Below are positions 53,707 through 63,751 of a stretch of DNA of 64,000 nt, one piece after another. The DNA comes from an uncultured Methanomassiliicoccales archaeon (GTDB taxonomy: Archaea > Thermoplasmatota > Thermoplasmata > Methanomassiliicoccales > UBA472). How positions within the stretch are numbered: the first letter of the stretch is position 1; each line of letters starts with the position of its first letter. The stretch covers positions 2,080,001-2,144,000 of the forward strand of contig OY968769.1 in NCBI GenBank assembly GCA_963695345.1, given 5' to 3'. Under the pieces are notes generated by a model. It was not told the origin of the DNA. It made no database searches and saw nothing but the letters and a program-made list of their open reading frames with translations. A program made the position numbers and the translations under genes.

Positions 53707-54512
53707 TTGGAACTGATGGTGGACGGGGTCACCTTCAACTATACCAGCGTTCCAGTGTTGGACGGGGTATCCTTCGATGCCAGGGGTGGAGAGGTCATCG
53801 GCATCATTGGCCACAACGGCTGCGGCAAGACCACGTTGCTCAAATGCATCAACCTGGCGCTCCACCCCGGGTCGGGCGTGGTCAGGATCGACGGCAAGGA
53901 CACCCTCAGGATGTCTCGGAAGGACATCGCAAAGGAGGTCGGAGTGGTCGCGCAGAACACGGTCATCACCTTCCCCTTCACCGTCCTGGACATGGTCCTG
54001 ATGGGCCGCTTCCCTTCCCTGGAACGGTTCGCCAACGAGTCCAAGGACGACCTGAGGATCGCCATGGAGGCCATGGACGCGACCAGCGTTACCTACCTTG
54101 CCTCGAGGCCCATCGACGAGATCAGCGGCGGAGAACGGCAGCGGGTCATAATCGCCCGGGCATTGGCTCAGCAACCTAGGGCATTGCTCCTCGACGAACC
54201 GACACTCCATCTGGACATCAATCATCAGTTCGAACTGATGGAGCTGATCAGATCCCTGGCGAAAGAAAAGGGACTTCTGGTCATCATCGTGTCCCACGAT
54301 CTGAACCTGGCCGCCCGCTACTGCGACAAGCTGATAGCGTTGGACGAAGGCAAGATCGCCGCCGCGGGGCGGTGGGCGAAGTGCTCACGCCGGAGAACCT
54401 GGCCAAGGTGTTCAATATCCGGGCCGACGTCCGTTTCGATCAACGGGTCAGTTCATACGAGATAACAATTTTGGGAACGATCCCAAGGGAAGAAGAACAC
54501 CGTCTGTCGTGA
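53707..54512 (+). CDS. btuD: BtuD/FepC-like ABC ATPase (one G missing in GGGG at 54366-54369)
   Basis: GHNGCGKTT, ISGGERQR, LLDEPT, SHDLNLA; shifted frame gives GAVGEVLTPENLAKVFNI..*. Confidence 0.85.
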
Positions 54513-54958
54513 GACGTTGGTAATTGGTCAGCCTAACATTGGAATTAAGGACCAGAGCTTAAAATCATCAATAGACGAATGAATGGTCATATTGAGGGAA
54601 GCAGGACAACCCGGATTTTGGAAAATGAAAAAAATTCCCTAACTCAACAATTAGCTTTTTAAAAAATTCTGTATCCGACCATGGCGAAAAGACCAGGCCA
54701 CATCACGGTCTAGAATCGTTTTCAGACGCGGATGGGAAGCGATCGATCTAGCGGTCCACGACCTGGGGCCAATCGACCTCGTTTCCACTTTAATGCGAAG
54801 GGAGAATCTAGCTCAAATATCCTTATTTGAGATGATTAGAAATTGGGTTGAAAAATGGAAAAACTGTGTCGAAGAACCCCATATTGGCAAGGCATCCTTC
54901 AACACATAAGGGATAGTTGAATCCGGGCTCGATCCTAACGGTTGATCCTCAGATCCGA

Positions 54959-55402
54959 TCAGTAGCTGCTACCCTGCATCTTCATGAGAAGCTCGAGTTC
55001 AGTTATGTGCTCCTGCTCTTCCATGAGGATGTGCCTGATATCATGCTCCAACAGAAAGTCGTAGTACTGGATCTTCTCCGTCCTTAGCTTTTCAATGATC
55101 ATCCGGTATGTATCCACGGCTTCTTTCTCGGCCTTCAGGTTCAGTTCCAGAATCTCCTTTAGGGTGGTGGCCGGGTACGTTGGGGCCATGCCCATGCTCG
55201 GCACCCCGCCGAGCGCACCGATCAAGGTTCTGAACTTCTCTTGATGCGCCTTCTCATCTTCTGCAATCTCTTTCAGCCTGGCGATAATTGGCTCCGCGTT
55301 CTCCCCCTCCACGACCTCGGCGTGACTGAGGTATTGAATGTGTGCGGCATGTTCTAGGTCCAGCGCATGATTCAGCATATCTAATATCTCTTGCTTGCTC
55401 AT
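54959..55402 (-). CDS. Ferritin-like (bacterioferritin-type) diiron protein
   Basis: LEHAAHIQY, EDEKAH, AEKEAVDTY, EEQEH. Confidence 0.85.
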   Translation of the reverse strand: MSKQEILDMLNHALDLEHAAHIQYLSHAEVVEGENAEPIIARLKEIAEDEKAHQEKFRTLIGALGGVPSMGMAPTYPATTLKEILELNLKAEKEAVDTYRMIIEKLRTEKIQYYDFLLEHDIRHILMEEQEHITELELLMKMQGSSY

Positions 55403-55657
55403 ACAGATCCCTTAGGTCATGAAATACAGTCACCGGCAACCGGTCTGACCGCTGTTTCGTAAATGCTTTGGAGCTCCAGATATTTATAAGCACAGATTGG
55501 GGTCTGAATTGTCACGTACTTACTCTAATAGTTTGATCGGCGATGGTGTCTGGCCAATGATATAACGATGGATATTCCCTAATATGGAACATCTCTTCAT
55601 TTGTTATTCTGTAATAGGGAATACAATTCTACCGATATTGCCAAAATCGTTAGAGGG

Positions 55658-56953
55658 TCACTCAATTCTGAACGGCTCACCTTTGGGCTCGCCCCTTGAT
55701 GCAGTTGGTTTGTTAGTTCGTCCCGGTTTTCCTTTACCACAGAACTCAACGTCGATCTTCAATCCCACCCGCTGTTCTACCTTCGCAAGATTGGATCCAA
55801 GTAAGGAGATCAGCGCGGAATCGGTAAACATGATGTAGTCTTTGCCGAGGCCGACATGGAGGAAAGCATTCTCCAACGCGTGAAATGGATGATGAACATC
55901 GATCTTGCCCTCGCGGACCATTCGTCGTGCTTTCGCTCCATAGGCTCCGGAGGATAGGTGAAGGTCCTGGACCCGGTCCGAAATGGCAAGGACCTGTTCT
56001 TGAAAGTCGGTGGCCCCGACATCGAGAATGAACATCGTTCCTCCCGAAGGGCTGGTAGTGGTCGAGATTATTCGGCCCGGGCCTACTGGGCGGGCTGTGA
56101 CCTCATCGGGTTCTTGATGATTGGGGAAACATTTCTGGCATACTTCGACCATATTTCGGGGAAGAGGCATCTCGGGACGCCTGGTGCGGAAATGCATCTG
56201 CTGGTTCAGCCTGACGGGGAAGGGAGGAACGATCCGCAATTTGTCCACGAGCTCATGTTCGGCAAATAGTTCCTCGGGCGACCCGGAGAACAACAGTTCC
56301 CCTTTGAACATGACCACCATCACATCCGCCCATTCGTAGGCGGTCTCGATGTCGTGGGTGGACAGGATCAGCGTCATTCCGCTGTGATTGAGCTCGTCCG
56401 ACAATTCCATAAGCTCATGCACCATTTCCGAATCCAGACCCGCGGTCGGCTCGTCCATGATCAGCACTTTGGGTTTCATTGCCAGAGCGCCGGCGAGTGA
56501 AACACGCTTTTTCTGACCGAAGGAGAGCTGTTGTGTCGGACGTCTCCTCAGATCCTCCAAGCCGACCAGGTGCAGCGCCTCATCGATCCGTCGCTCGACC
56601 TCCTCTTTACCCAGCATAAGGTTCATCGGGCCGAAGGCAACGTCCTCCTCGACGGTGGTGGAGAATATCTGGTCATCGGGATTCTGGAGCACCATAGCCA
56701 CCCGCGCGCGCAGATTGGCCAGGGACTTATGGTCGTAACCCAGGGGTTCGCCGTTGAAAAAGACCTTTCCGCTCTTCGGCCTCAGGATCCCGTTGAAATG
56801 GAGGAATAGCGTGGACTTGCCCGCGCCGTTCGGACCCAGAAAGACTATCTTCTTGCCTTTATCGATGTCGAAGGACACGTTCTTGAGGGCGAGGACCCCG
56901 TTCGGGTATGAGAAATTGAGCTTGTCTGTTTTCAATATCGATTGGTCTGTCAT
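55658..56953 (-). CDS. cbiO: Cobalt ECF ATPase with C-terminal extension
   Basis: GPNGAGKST, QNPDDQIF, LSFGQKKR, DEPTAGLD; ~150 aa extra C-terminal domain. Confidence 0.9.
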   Translation of the reverse strand: MTDQSILKTDKLNFSYPNGVLALKNVSFDIDKGKKIVFLGPNGAGKSTLFLHFNGILRPKSGKVFFNGEPLGYDHKSLANLRARVAMVLQNPDDQIFSTTVEEDVAFGPMNLMLGKEEVERRIDEALHLVGLEDLRRRPTQQLSFGQKKRVSLAGALAMKPKVLIMDEPTAGLDSEMVHELMELSDELNHSGMTLILSTHDIETAYEWADVMVVMFKGELLFSGSPEELFAEHELVDKLRIVPPFPVRLNQQMHFRTRRPEMPLPRNMVEVCQKCFPNHQEPDEVTARPVGPGRIISTTTSPSGGTMFILDVGATDFQEQVLAISDRVQDLHLSSGAYGAKARRMVREGKIDVHHPFHALENAFLHVGLGKDYIMFTDSALISLLGSNLAKVEQRVGLKIDVEFCGKGKPGRTNKPTASRGEPKGEPFRIE

Positions 56954-56957
56954 TGCC

Positions 56958-57755
56958 TCACATCCGGAAAAGCGATACTAGAGGGGCGGGATTCACCAGC
57001 ATTAGATTGATGACGTACAATAGCACGAAGGTCAGGAGGCTGGCGAAGACCCATCTCGCGGTCAACTTCGCCGGGGCGCGGTAGCTGTGGAACTCGCCCC
57101 TGAAGCTCCGGCAGCTGAGAGCTATTTGGGACCTTTCCGCAACTTCCAGAGAACGGGTGAATACTCCGACCATGATCTTGACGGTGGTGCGTAGTCTGTT
57201 CTTGAAACCGCTTAGGCCCAGGCGACACTCGGCCGCATTGTACATCGAATCCATCTGCTCCAGGAGCAGGAACGAATACCGATAGACCAGGACAATAAGC
57301 TCGACGATCTCCTTGGGGATCCTCAGCTGTCTGAGGGCGTTGGCCAAATACGGAATCGGTGTGGAGGTGGCGAAGAACATCATTACAGTCGCCCCGGCCA
57401 CAGCCCTTAGGAAGATCAGCAGTCCGAGATCCACTCCTTGCTTGGAGAAGTTAAGTTCAAGATCGCCCAGACCGATCGAGATGAGATGGTCTCCGGAGGT
57501 CACCAGGGAGATCACGATGGCCCCGATGAGGAATATCCCCAGGCCTTCCAGCAGGGCGATGGTGATGACCCGGGGAAGACGGAATCTGGTGGAGTAGAAC
57601 ATCAGGCAGAAGCCTACGATGAACACCAGAAACGGGATCACGATGGAGGAGGCCATCAGGGACGAGATCAGCAGGGTGAGCGCAATCACGAACTTACCCA
57701 GCGGTGACCAGTCCCGGAATGGGGAGGCATAGGCGACCTCATCCATCGCGAACAA
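56958..57755 (-). CDS. cbiQ: Cobalt ECF transmembrane T component
   Basis: STPI..LRQLRIP, YRYSFLL, CRLG, CRSF. Confidence 0.9.
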   Translation of the reverse strand: MFAMDEVAYASPFRDWSPLGKFVIALTLLISSLMASSIVIPFLVFIVGFCLMFYSTRFRLPRVITIALLEGLGIFLIGAIVISLVTSGDHLISIGLGDLELNFSKQGVDLGLLIFLRAVAGATVMMFFATSTPIPYLANALRQLRIPKEIVELIVLVYRYSFLLLEQMDSMYNAAECRLGLSGFKNRLRTTVKIMVGVFTRSLEVAERSQIALSCRSFRGEFHSYRAPAKLTARWVFASLLTFVLLYVINLMLVNPAPLVSLFRM

Positions 57756-57770
57756 TGGTCTCCTCCTCCT

Positions 57771-58709
57771 TCACCTTGTCCGATCGACCCGTTTGAAACG
57801 TCTCCAGACGTAATAGATGATGGCCAATCCTATCAGGCCTTGCACAGCGAAGAGGATAATCTCCTCAAGGAGGCTCAGGTCCAGAAAGCTCTGGAACCAG
57901 GGTATGTAGCTGGGGTCTATCTGGATTATTGTTTCTGAACCAGCGTCGTCCGATCCCTGCAGGCCTACGTAACGGACCAATACCATGGCGATCACAACCG
58001 AGGCCGCCATGAGGGCCGTGAGGGTATACCTCATCCTCTTGGTCATCCGCCTCCCTCCCGCCCTGACCTTCTCGGCGAGAAGGTCCGGTCTGGAGCTGGC
58101 CAGGAAGTCGAAGAACATGACAGTGAGGATACCCTCGACGATGGCCAAAGGCACCTGGGTGACCGCATACACGGTCATGAAGGTCTCCCACGAGGCCAGG
58201 AAACTTCCGTGACTGGGAAAGGCGAGGGCGAGCTGTGTGGCGGTGACGACGTAGGTGATCAGGTCTGCGAGGAACGCCGCCACGAAAACCGAGACCGACA
58301 TCCGAGCGCCGATCTTCTGCAGTCCCTTATACGCCAGATAAGCGACCAGCGGTCCCGCTATGCCCATGGAAAAGACATTGGCGCCGAGAGTGGTGATGCC
58401 CCCATGGGCCAGGAGCAAAGCCTGGAACATGAGCACTATGACCGTCAGTACGGAAGTGATGCCCACCCCATAGAGCACGGTGCCGATGGCCGTCCCAGTC
58501 GGATGCGAGGAGGAACCGGATACCGAAGGTAGTTTCAGGGAGGATATCACCAGGATGAACGCCCCAGATATGGCCACCATGAGCTTCTGTTCCGGGTTCT
58601 CCCTGAACATCCTAATGACCTTTCTCATCCCCCACACTAGGACTGGTATCGACAGTAGATACCAGAAAAGACACCATTCCCAAGGCAAGAACCCTTCCAT
58701 TATGTGCAT
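57771..58709 (-). CDS. cbiM: Cobalt ECF S component CbiM fused to CbiN
   Basis: MHIMEGFLP, GSSSHPTG, HGGITTLGAN; C-term GSDDAG..I..YIPWF..E.ILFAVQ (CbiN). Confidence 0.9.
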   Translation of the reverse strand: MHIMEGFLPWEWCLFWYLLSIPVLVWGMRKVIRMFRENPEQKLMVAISGAFILVISSLKLPSVSGSSSHPTGTAIGTVLYGVGITSVLTVIVLMFQALLLAHGGITTLGANVFSMGIAGPLVAYLAYKGLQKIGARMSVSVFVAAFLADLITYVVTATQLALAFPSHGSFLASWETFMTVYAVTQVPLAIVEGILTVMFFDFLASSRPDLLAEKVRAGGRRMTKRMRYTLTALMAASVVIAMVLVRYVGLQGSDDAGSETIIQIDPSYIPWFQSFLDLSLLEEIILFAVQGLIGLAIIYYVWRRFKRVDRTR

Positions 58710-58714
58710 GGTAG

Positions 58715-59149
58715 CTAGCTCCCGTTCGCGCCCTCATTCATAGTTACCGATATGTGCCTGGACTTCTCCCTTATTCGGTCAGCGAGAATATCAGCAAGCC
58801 GGGGGTCTTCTCCGATCGGCGCGCAACAGACCACCTCGACTTCTTTTCCGTCCACCGTTATTGTTCCCTTCCCGCATCCCTTGTCCAATCCCAGGGCACG
58901 AGGTATGTCCTCTGTGATGTGGATGCCGGACGCCAGGAAGCAAGGTTCCACATAGATCACATCCACCCCCTTGGAGACCAAGGCCTGGAGCCCTTCCATG
59001 ATGTCCGGTCTATTGATCTGCATGAAACCGGCCACCACCGGACCGAACTCCATCCTTTCATCGAGGATCCTGGCCATTTCTACCACCAGGTCCCGGTTGT
59101 GCTCTAGTTTGCTCCCATGTCCGACCACAAGTACCCCGCTTCTCACCAT
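58715..59149 (-). CDS. cbiX: Short sirohydrochlorin chelatase (CbiX-S / CfbA type)
   Basis: VVGHGSK, FLASGIHITEDIP, PIGEDPRLA. Confidence 0.85.
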   Translation of the reverse strand: MVRSGVLVVGHGSKLEHNRDLVVEMARILDERMEFGPVVAGFMQINRPDIMEGLQALVSKGVDVIYVEPCFLASGIHITEDIPRALGLDKGCGKGTITVDGKEVEVVCCAPIGEDPRLADILADRIREKSRHISVTMNEGANGS

Positions 59150-59208
59150 TCTCCCCCCTATTCACCGAAATGATCGTTGCCACGACGCTTGCCCTATCCT
59201 CATGCGAT

Positions 59209-59799
59209 TCATCTTTCCTCTAAGGTCACTATCAATGAGAACAGCTCCGACGCGATCGTTGGTGGCCTGAGATTGTTCCCAAATCCGATGGACTCGTTCT
59301 CGTATCCGAGGTTCTCGCACACGATTATCTTGCATGCCAGTCCTCGATTGCTAAGTTGCGACGCGAACTTCGTCATGTCGAAGGTCGGATCAGCCAGAAG
59401 GAAGACGACCCGGCCCCTTCCGACCTCCTCCACAACTTCCTTGGTGGCATCCTCCTTCGCTTTGCCATGTACGGAAACAACCACTCCCCTCTCCAAGGGT
59501 AGCTTGAGCCTGGCGAAGGCCAGCTGCATGGAGGATACCCCAGGGATTACCTCGTCGCCGTAGTGACCAAGGCCGGCCAGCATCGGGTCGCCCGTTGACA
59601 GGACGACGGAGTCCTTAGACAGCTGGTCAAGGTTACCGTAGTCCTTGATCACCTCTACCTTGCATTCCTGACCGATGTACGGTTTGGCCAGAACGATAGA
59701 CCTTTCCGATCCGTAGATATGGCTGGCCGTCTCGATCGCCCTGATCGCCTCATGGGTCAGCATACCTGGACCGCAACCGACGCCGACCACGATCATCAT
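59209..59799 (-). CDS. cbiE: Cobalt-precorrin-7 C5-methyltransferase
   Basis: VGVGCGPGMLT, STGDPMLAG, PGVSSMQLA, CENLGYENE. Confidence 0.88.
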   Translation of the reverse strand: MMIVVGVGCGPGMLTHEAIRAIETASHIYGSERSIVLAKPYIGQECKVEVIKDYGNLDQLSKDSVVLSTGDPMLAGLGHYGDEVIPGVSSMQLAFARLKLPLERGVVVSVHGKAKEDATKEVVEEVGRGRVVFLLADPTFDMTKFASQLSNRGLACKIIVCENLGYENESIGFGNNLRPPTIASELFSLIVTLEER

Positions 59800-60803
59800 C
59801 CGCTGTCCCCCAGGACTTTGCCTGTCCGGTCCACTAGGACCACGCGCAGGTCATGACGGATCGATTTTGAACGGGACAATGCATCCATCATCCGCTCGTT
59901 CCAGCGTTCATCCATCAGCATTTCGTCTATGGTCAGGCAACCCGTGCCTTCCAATATCCGCGGGTCGAGATACTTGAGGATCAGTCCAGGCATTCCGCAA
60001 AGGACCACATCGCCCCTGGCCTCCTTGATCGCTTGGCCCATGTTGACCCCGACCAGTACGGATTCCCTGTCCGGGAACAGAAGACGCGAATGCCGGAGGC
60101 CGACTCTCCCGGTCGTCAAAACCACCCGGTCGCCGCTCCTGATCCGCTCCATAACCGAAGCCCCGGCATGGTCGTCCCAAGGTTCTACAAGACCCGTGGA
60201 ACCTAGTATCGAGATGCCTCCGAAAATGCCCACCCTTTCGTTTAAGGTCCTCTTGGCCACCTCGGCGCCGCTACTGATCGTCAGGTCCAGCTCCACGCCT
60301 TCCAGTCCGATCTGGGCCATGGCCTCCCTCGCCGCCTGGTCGATGCTCAGGGAAGCATTCTTGCTGACCGCGGGGTCGCCTTCAGCCATGTCATTGAAAG
60401 GTCTTGTCAGGCGCCCCACCCCGGCGCCGTAGCTGATGTTGACGCCCGAGCCTCTAGCGGCAGCCACGCATACAAACTCGATCTCAGCGGTCACGTCCGT
60501 CGCATAGTCACCGGCGAACTTCCGACAGGTGCCCACACCCCGCACTCCTACGCTGGACACGTCCACCCGGAGACCGCATGAAAGATTGATCTCTACCACA
60601 CGGACCTCGTGCTTGAGCGAGAGAATGGCAGACTTGCATGCGGCCGAAGCGGTCGTTCCGGTGGTGAAACCCCGCCGCAACACTTTCCCGGACGAGGTAA
60701 GAACGGCCAATCCATCCGCTACCATCCTCAGCCCTTCGGAGTCGTCACATTTACCGACCCATGCCTCGGGATACTCGTACCCTGTGACTGGATCACTTGT
60801 CAT
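59796..60803 (-). CDS. cbiD: Cobalt-precorrin-5B C1-methyltransferase
   Basis: LRRGFTTGTTASAA, KFAGD..DVT, TLNERVGIFGGISILGSTG. Confidence 0.92.
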   Translation of the reverse strand: MTSDPVTGYEYPEAWVGKCDDSEGLRMVADGLAVLTSSGKVLRRGFTTGTTASAACKSAILSLKHEVRVVEINLSCGLRVDVSSVGVRGVGTCRKFAGDYATDVTAEIEFVCVAAARGSGVNISYGAGVGRLTRPFNDMAEGDPAVSKNASLSIDQAAREAMAQIGLEGVELDLTISSGAEVAKRTLNERVGIFGGISILGSTGLVEPWDDHAGASVMERIRSGDRVVLTTGRVGLRHSRLLFPDRESVLVGVNMGQAIKEARGDVVLCGMPGLILKYLDPRILEGTGCLTIDEMLMDERWNERMMDALSRSKSIRHDLRVVLVDRTGKVLGDSG

Positions 60804-61461
60804 GCTCTCTCTCGTTGAAGATGGTGATGATCTCGTTCAAGGCCGCCACCGCGACCGGAGTGCCTCCCCTGGTCCCTTCCACCGATATCGAGGGCACGGG
60901 CATCGTCCGTAGCAGTGCTTTTGATTCGGCCGCGTTGACAAACCCCACCGCCGAACCGATGACGAGGGCCGGTTTCACTCCCTGCTTGATCATATCGCAG
61001 AGAACGAGCAGGGATGACGGTGCATTGCCGATGACTATTATCGCCCCTTCTATCTCGTCCTTCAACGCGATTATTCCGGCAGATGTCCTGGTGATGCCCC
61101 TTTCCTTGGATATTTCCTGGCCGTGGTCGAGAAAGCACTTCACCGGCGAGAGGTGCCCTTTCTTCTGGATTCCCACCTGGACCATCTTTATGTCGACCAG
61201 GATGGGCGCCTTATTCTCCAGAGCCCTGAGCCCGGCCTCGATCGGCCGGTTTTCGAATCGTATCAGTTTGGCCATCTCGAAGTCGCCCACGGCGATGGAG
61301 CATCGCTGCCTTACTCGGTCCTCATCGTTGTCCGACCCTATGGCCGAACGGGCAAGGGCCCGGCTGCGCGAGGATATCGAATAACCCTCTTCCGTGTCCG
61401 CCCCCAGGTCAATATACGTATTTTCTGTCGTAGCCTCTCGGTGTGATGATCCCTCTGACAT
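60793..61461 (-). CDS. cbiC: Cobalt-precorrin-8 methylmutase
   Basis: DIKMV, TRTSAG, IGNAPSSL, GFVNAAESK, GTRGGTPVAVAALN. Confidence 0.92.
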   Translation of the reverse strand: MSEGSSHREATTENTYIDLGADTEEGYSISSRSRALARSAIGSDNDEDRVRQRCSIAVGDFEMAKLIRFENRPIEAGLRALENKAPILVDIKMVQVGIQKKGHLSPVKCFLDHGQEISKERGITRTSAGIIALKDEIEGAIIVIGNAPSSLLVLCDMIKQGVKPALVIGSAVGFVNAAESKALLRTMPVPSISVEGTRGGTPVAVAALNEIITIFNEREHDK

Positions 61462-62194
61462 TTTCCCCCTCCCTCCATACCCTACTTTCAGAATTCCCTA
61501 TGATGACCGTTGAGTGCATGTCGACAAAGGAATCGTCCTCTGACAACGCCCCCAGGTCGGTGACCTTCGTTATCTCCCCTTCCCGGTAGGCGTTCTTCAC
61601 GATACCGACCGGCGTGCTCTTCGGCAGTGTGGCAAGCGCTTTCTCGATGGTTTCCTTGAAATGCGCCTTACGGGTCTTGCTCTTCGGGTTGTAGAGCACC
61701 AACGGCACATTCATCTCCAGGGCCAGTCCGATCCGTTTCTCGATCAGGGGCCAGGGCGTGAGCAGATCGCTCAGGCTTATGACCATGAAATCGCTCGAAA
61801 GGGGCGAACCCAGCCTGGATGCGGCGGCCGTTGCTGCGGTCACCCCGGCGATCACTTCGTACGGGACCTCCGTACCGCTCTTCTCCATGACCTCCAGAAC
61901 GATGCTTGCCATACCGTAGACGCCCGCGTCCCCGCCGCTAACCATCGACACGGTATGCTCCCTCGCCAGGTCCACTGCCTTCTTCGCCCGGTCGACCTCC
62001 TTGCCCATGGAGCTCATGATGACCTTTTTGCCTTCCAGAGTGCCTTCCAGAAGATCGACGTACATGCGGTTTCCGATGACATACTCCGAATCCTTGATTG
62101 CCGCTTTTGCACGTTCGGTAAGCATGTCGACGCTTCCCGGTCCGGTCCCAACGATGTACAGCTTCCCCTCACTTTGCGATCGCGATTGTGACAT
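61409..62194 (-). CDS. cbiH: Cobalt-precorrin-3 C17-methyltransferase
   Basis: LYIVGTGPG, SGGDAGVYGMA, ISLSDLLTPW, YNPKSKTR, ITPRGY. Confidence 0.93.
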   Translation of the reverse strand: MSQSRSQSEGKLYIVGTGPGSVDMLTERAKAAIKDSEYVIGNRMYVDLLEGTLEGKKVIMSSMGKEVDRAKKAVDLAREHTVSMVSGGDAGVYGMASIVLEVMEKSGTEVPYEVIAGVTAATAAASRLGSPLSSDFMVISLSDLLTPWPLIEKRIGLALEMNVPLVLYNPKSKTRKAHFKETIEKALATLPKSTPVGIVKNAYREGEITKVTDLGALSEDDSFVDMHSTVIIGNSESRVWREGENVRGIITPRGYDRKYVY

Positions 62195-63039
62195 TGCCCT
62201 CTGCCCTCCTCTCCATTACCATTTCATGATGTTTCGCCAGCGCGAGGGCTGACGGTTCGGCCACGCCCACCAGTCCGATAATACCGGCCTTCGAGGGCGT
62301 TACCCCTTTGTTAGAATTGATGGTCACGTCATCCAGGAACACCAGGTTCCCTTCCAGTGCCTGCACAGCCTCGAGGAGGCCGCTCTCGTCCCTCTTCTTG
62401 ATCGTGGTGGCGTATGCCAGGACCTCATCCTTCGAAATGCCATTCTCCGCCAGAGTGCGGTTGATCAGATCCAGGATCTCGTCCTTCGGCGTTCCCCGGT
62501 TGCAGCCGAGACCGATGATATAGCTCCCTTTCCTGAACAGAACCGAGACCTTCGGTCCGGCGATCACGACCGCAGGCCCGGCGACGGTGTGGACAGGAAC
62601 ATCGCCCTCCAGGAATCCCTTGTTTACCGCGATCGTGGACGTCCTGTTTATCACGTCCAGCCCATTCTGTTCCATTATCGTCTCGACGGACGGTCTGCAG
62701 TTCGCTTCGGTCGCTGTTGTGATCACCGGTTCCGCACCAATGCCCAACCAATCTCTTGGCCAGTTCGTTCGCGCCATGATGTCCTCCGATCAAAGGTATG
62801 GCGTATCGGCAACCGGAGGGAACCACGACCACCGGCGGGTCGGTCCACTTGTCCTGAATCAAGTGAGCGATCTTGCGTACCACTATGCCCGTCGCCATGA
62901 CCGCGACTATGCCCTTGCCGTCCAGGAACGCCTCTTCGAACGTTCCGTCGCGATAGTCCACAAGCTCCGCTCCGAGGAACCTTGCGATCTTGGCCGCATC
63001 CTGGTCGCCGGCAAAGCCGATCACGCGAATATCGCTCAT
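62169..63039 (-). CDS. cbiG: Cobalt-precorrin-5A hydrolase (+1 frameshift near 62744)
   Basis: MATGIVVR..DKWTDPPVVV..GGHHGANELA / PVITTATE..GLGCNRG..KRDESGL..GVAEPSAL..VTIAIA. Confidence 0.9.
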
Positions 63040-63749
63040 GAATACAACACCGAGTTCTGGTATCGGGATTCCGGGTCGACGATCCCGCCGATCAATATGA
63101 GGGCGGTCTTCTCGATTCCCGCTTCCCTGGCCTTCTGGCAGATATCGCCGACCGTCCCCTTGACGACCTTCTGGTCAGGCCAAGAGGCATGGTAGACTAT
63201 GGCCGCTGGGGTGTTCCGGGGGCACATGACCTTCTCCATGATGTCCTCCATCTTGTCGGTCCCAAGGAATATGACCAGGGACTCGCCGCGGCTGGAGAGC
63301 TCGGCGATCTTGTCCGATTCCAAGGTGGCACCGGCAGGTCTCGTGACAATCAGCGTGTCGGAGACCCCCTTCAAGGTCAATTGGGTCTTGAGAGCGGCCG
63401 CCGCCGCGAACATCGACGAGACACCTGGCACTATCTCGACATCAATGCCTTTCGCCTTCAGGTCGACTATCTGTTCGACGATCGATCCGAAGATCGAAGG
63501 GTCGCCGCTGTGCAGCCTGACCACCCTCTTACCATTGGCCAAGCCTTTCACGATGGCCTCGGTGGTCTCGTCGAGGCTCATCCCCCAGCTGTCAAGCTTG
63601 AGCCCGGCCGGTGACCGGTCAACGATGACCGGGTTCACCAGGGAGCCGGCGTAGATCAGCACGTCGGCCCTCATTACCAGGTCCATTCCCTTCACCGTTA
63701 TCAGGTCAGGGTCCCCTGGACCGGCACCTACGAAATGCACCTTGTCCAT
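63036..63749 (-). CDS. cbiF: Cobalt-precorrin-4 C11-methyltransferase
   Basis: FVGAGPGDPDLITVKG, YAGSLV, RLHSGDPSIFG, ASWPDQ. Confidence 0.94.
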   Translation of the reverse strand: MDKVHFVGAGPGDPDLITVKGMDLVMRADVLIYAGSLVNPVIVDRSPAGLKLDSWGMSLDETTEAIVKGLANGKRVVRLHSGDPSIFGSIVEQIVDLKAKGIDVEIVPGVSSMFAAAAALKTQLTLKGVSDTLIVTRPAGATLESDKIAELSSRGESLVIFLGTDKMEDIMEKVMCPRNTPAAIVYHASWPDQKVVKGTVGDICQKAREAGIEKTALILIGGIVDPESRYQNSVLYS

Positions 63750-63751
63750 TC

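Noticed and set aside
54513-54958. Intergenic region with hairpin ctcaaata-tcct-tatttgag (54812-54831) and a cctaactc IS-end-like motif
   Set aside because: Short, no matching second end or repeat copy; cannot support an ncRNA or MITE call
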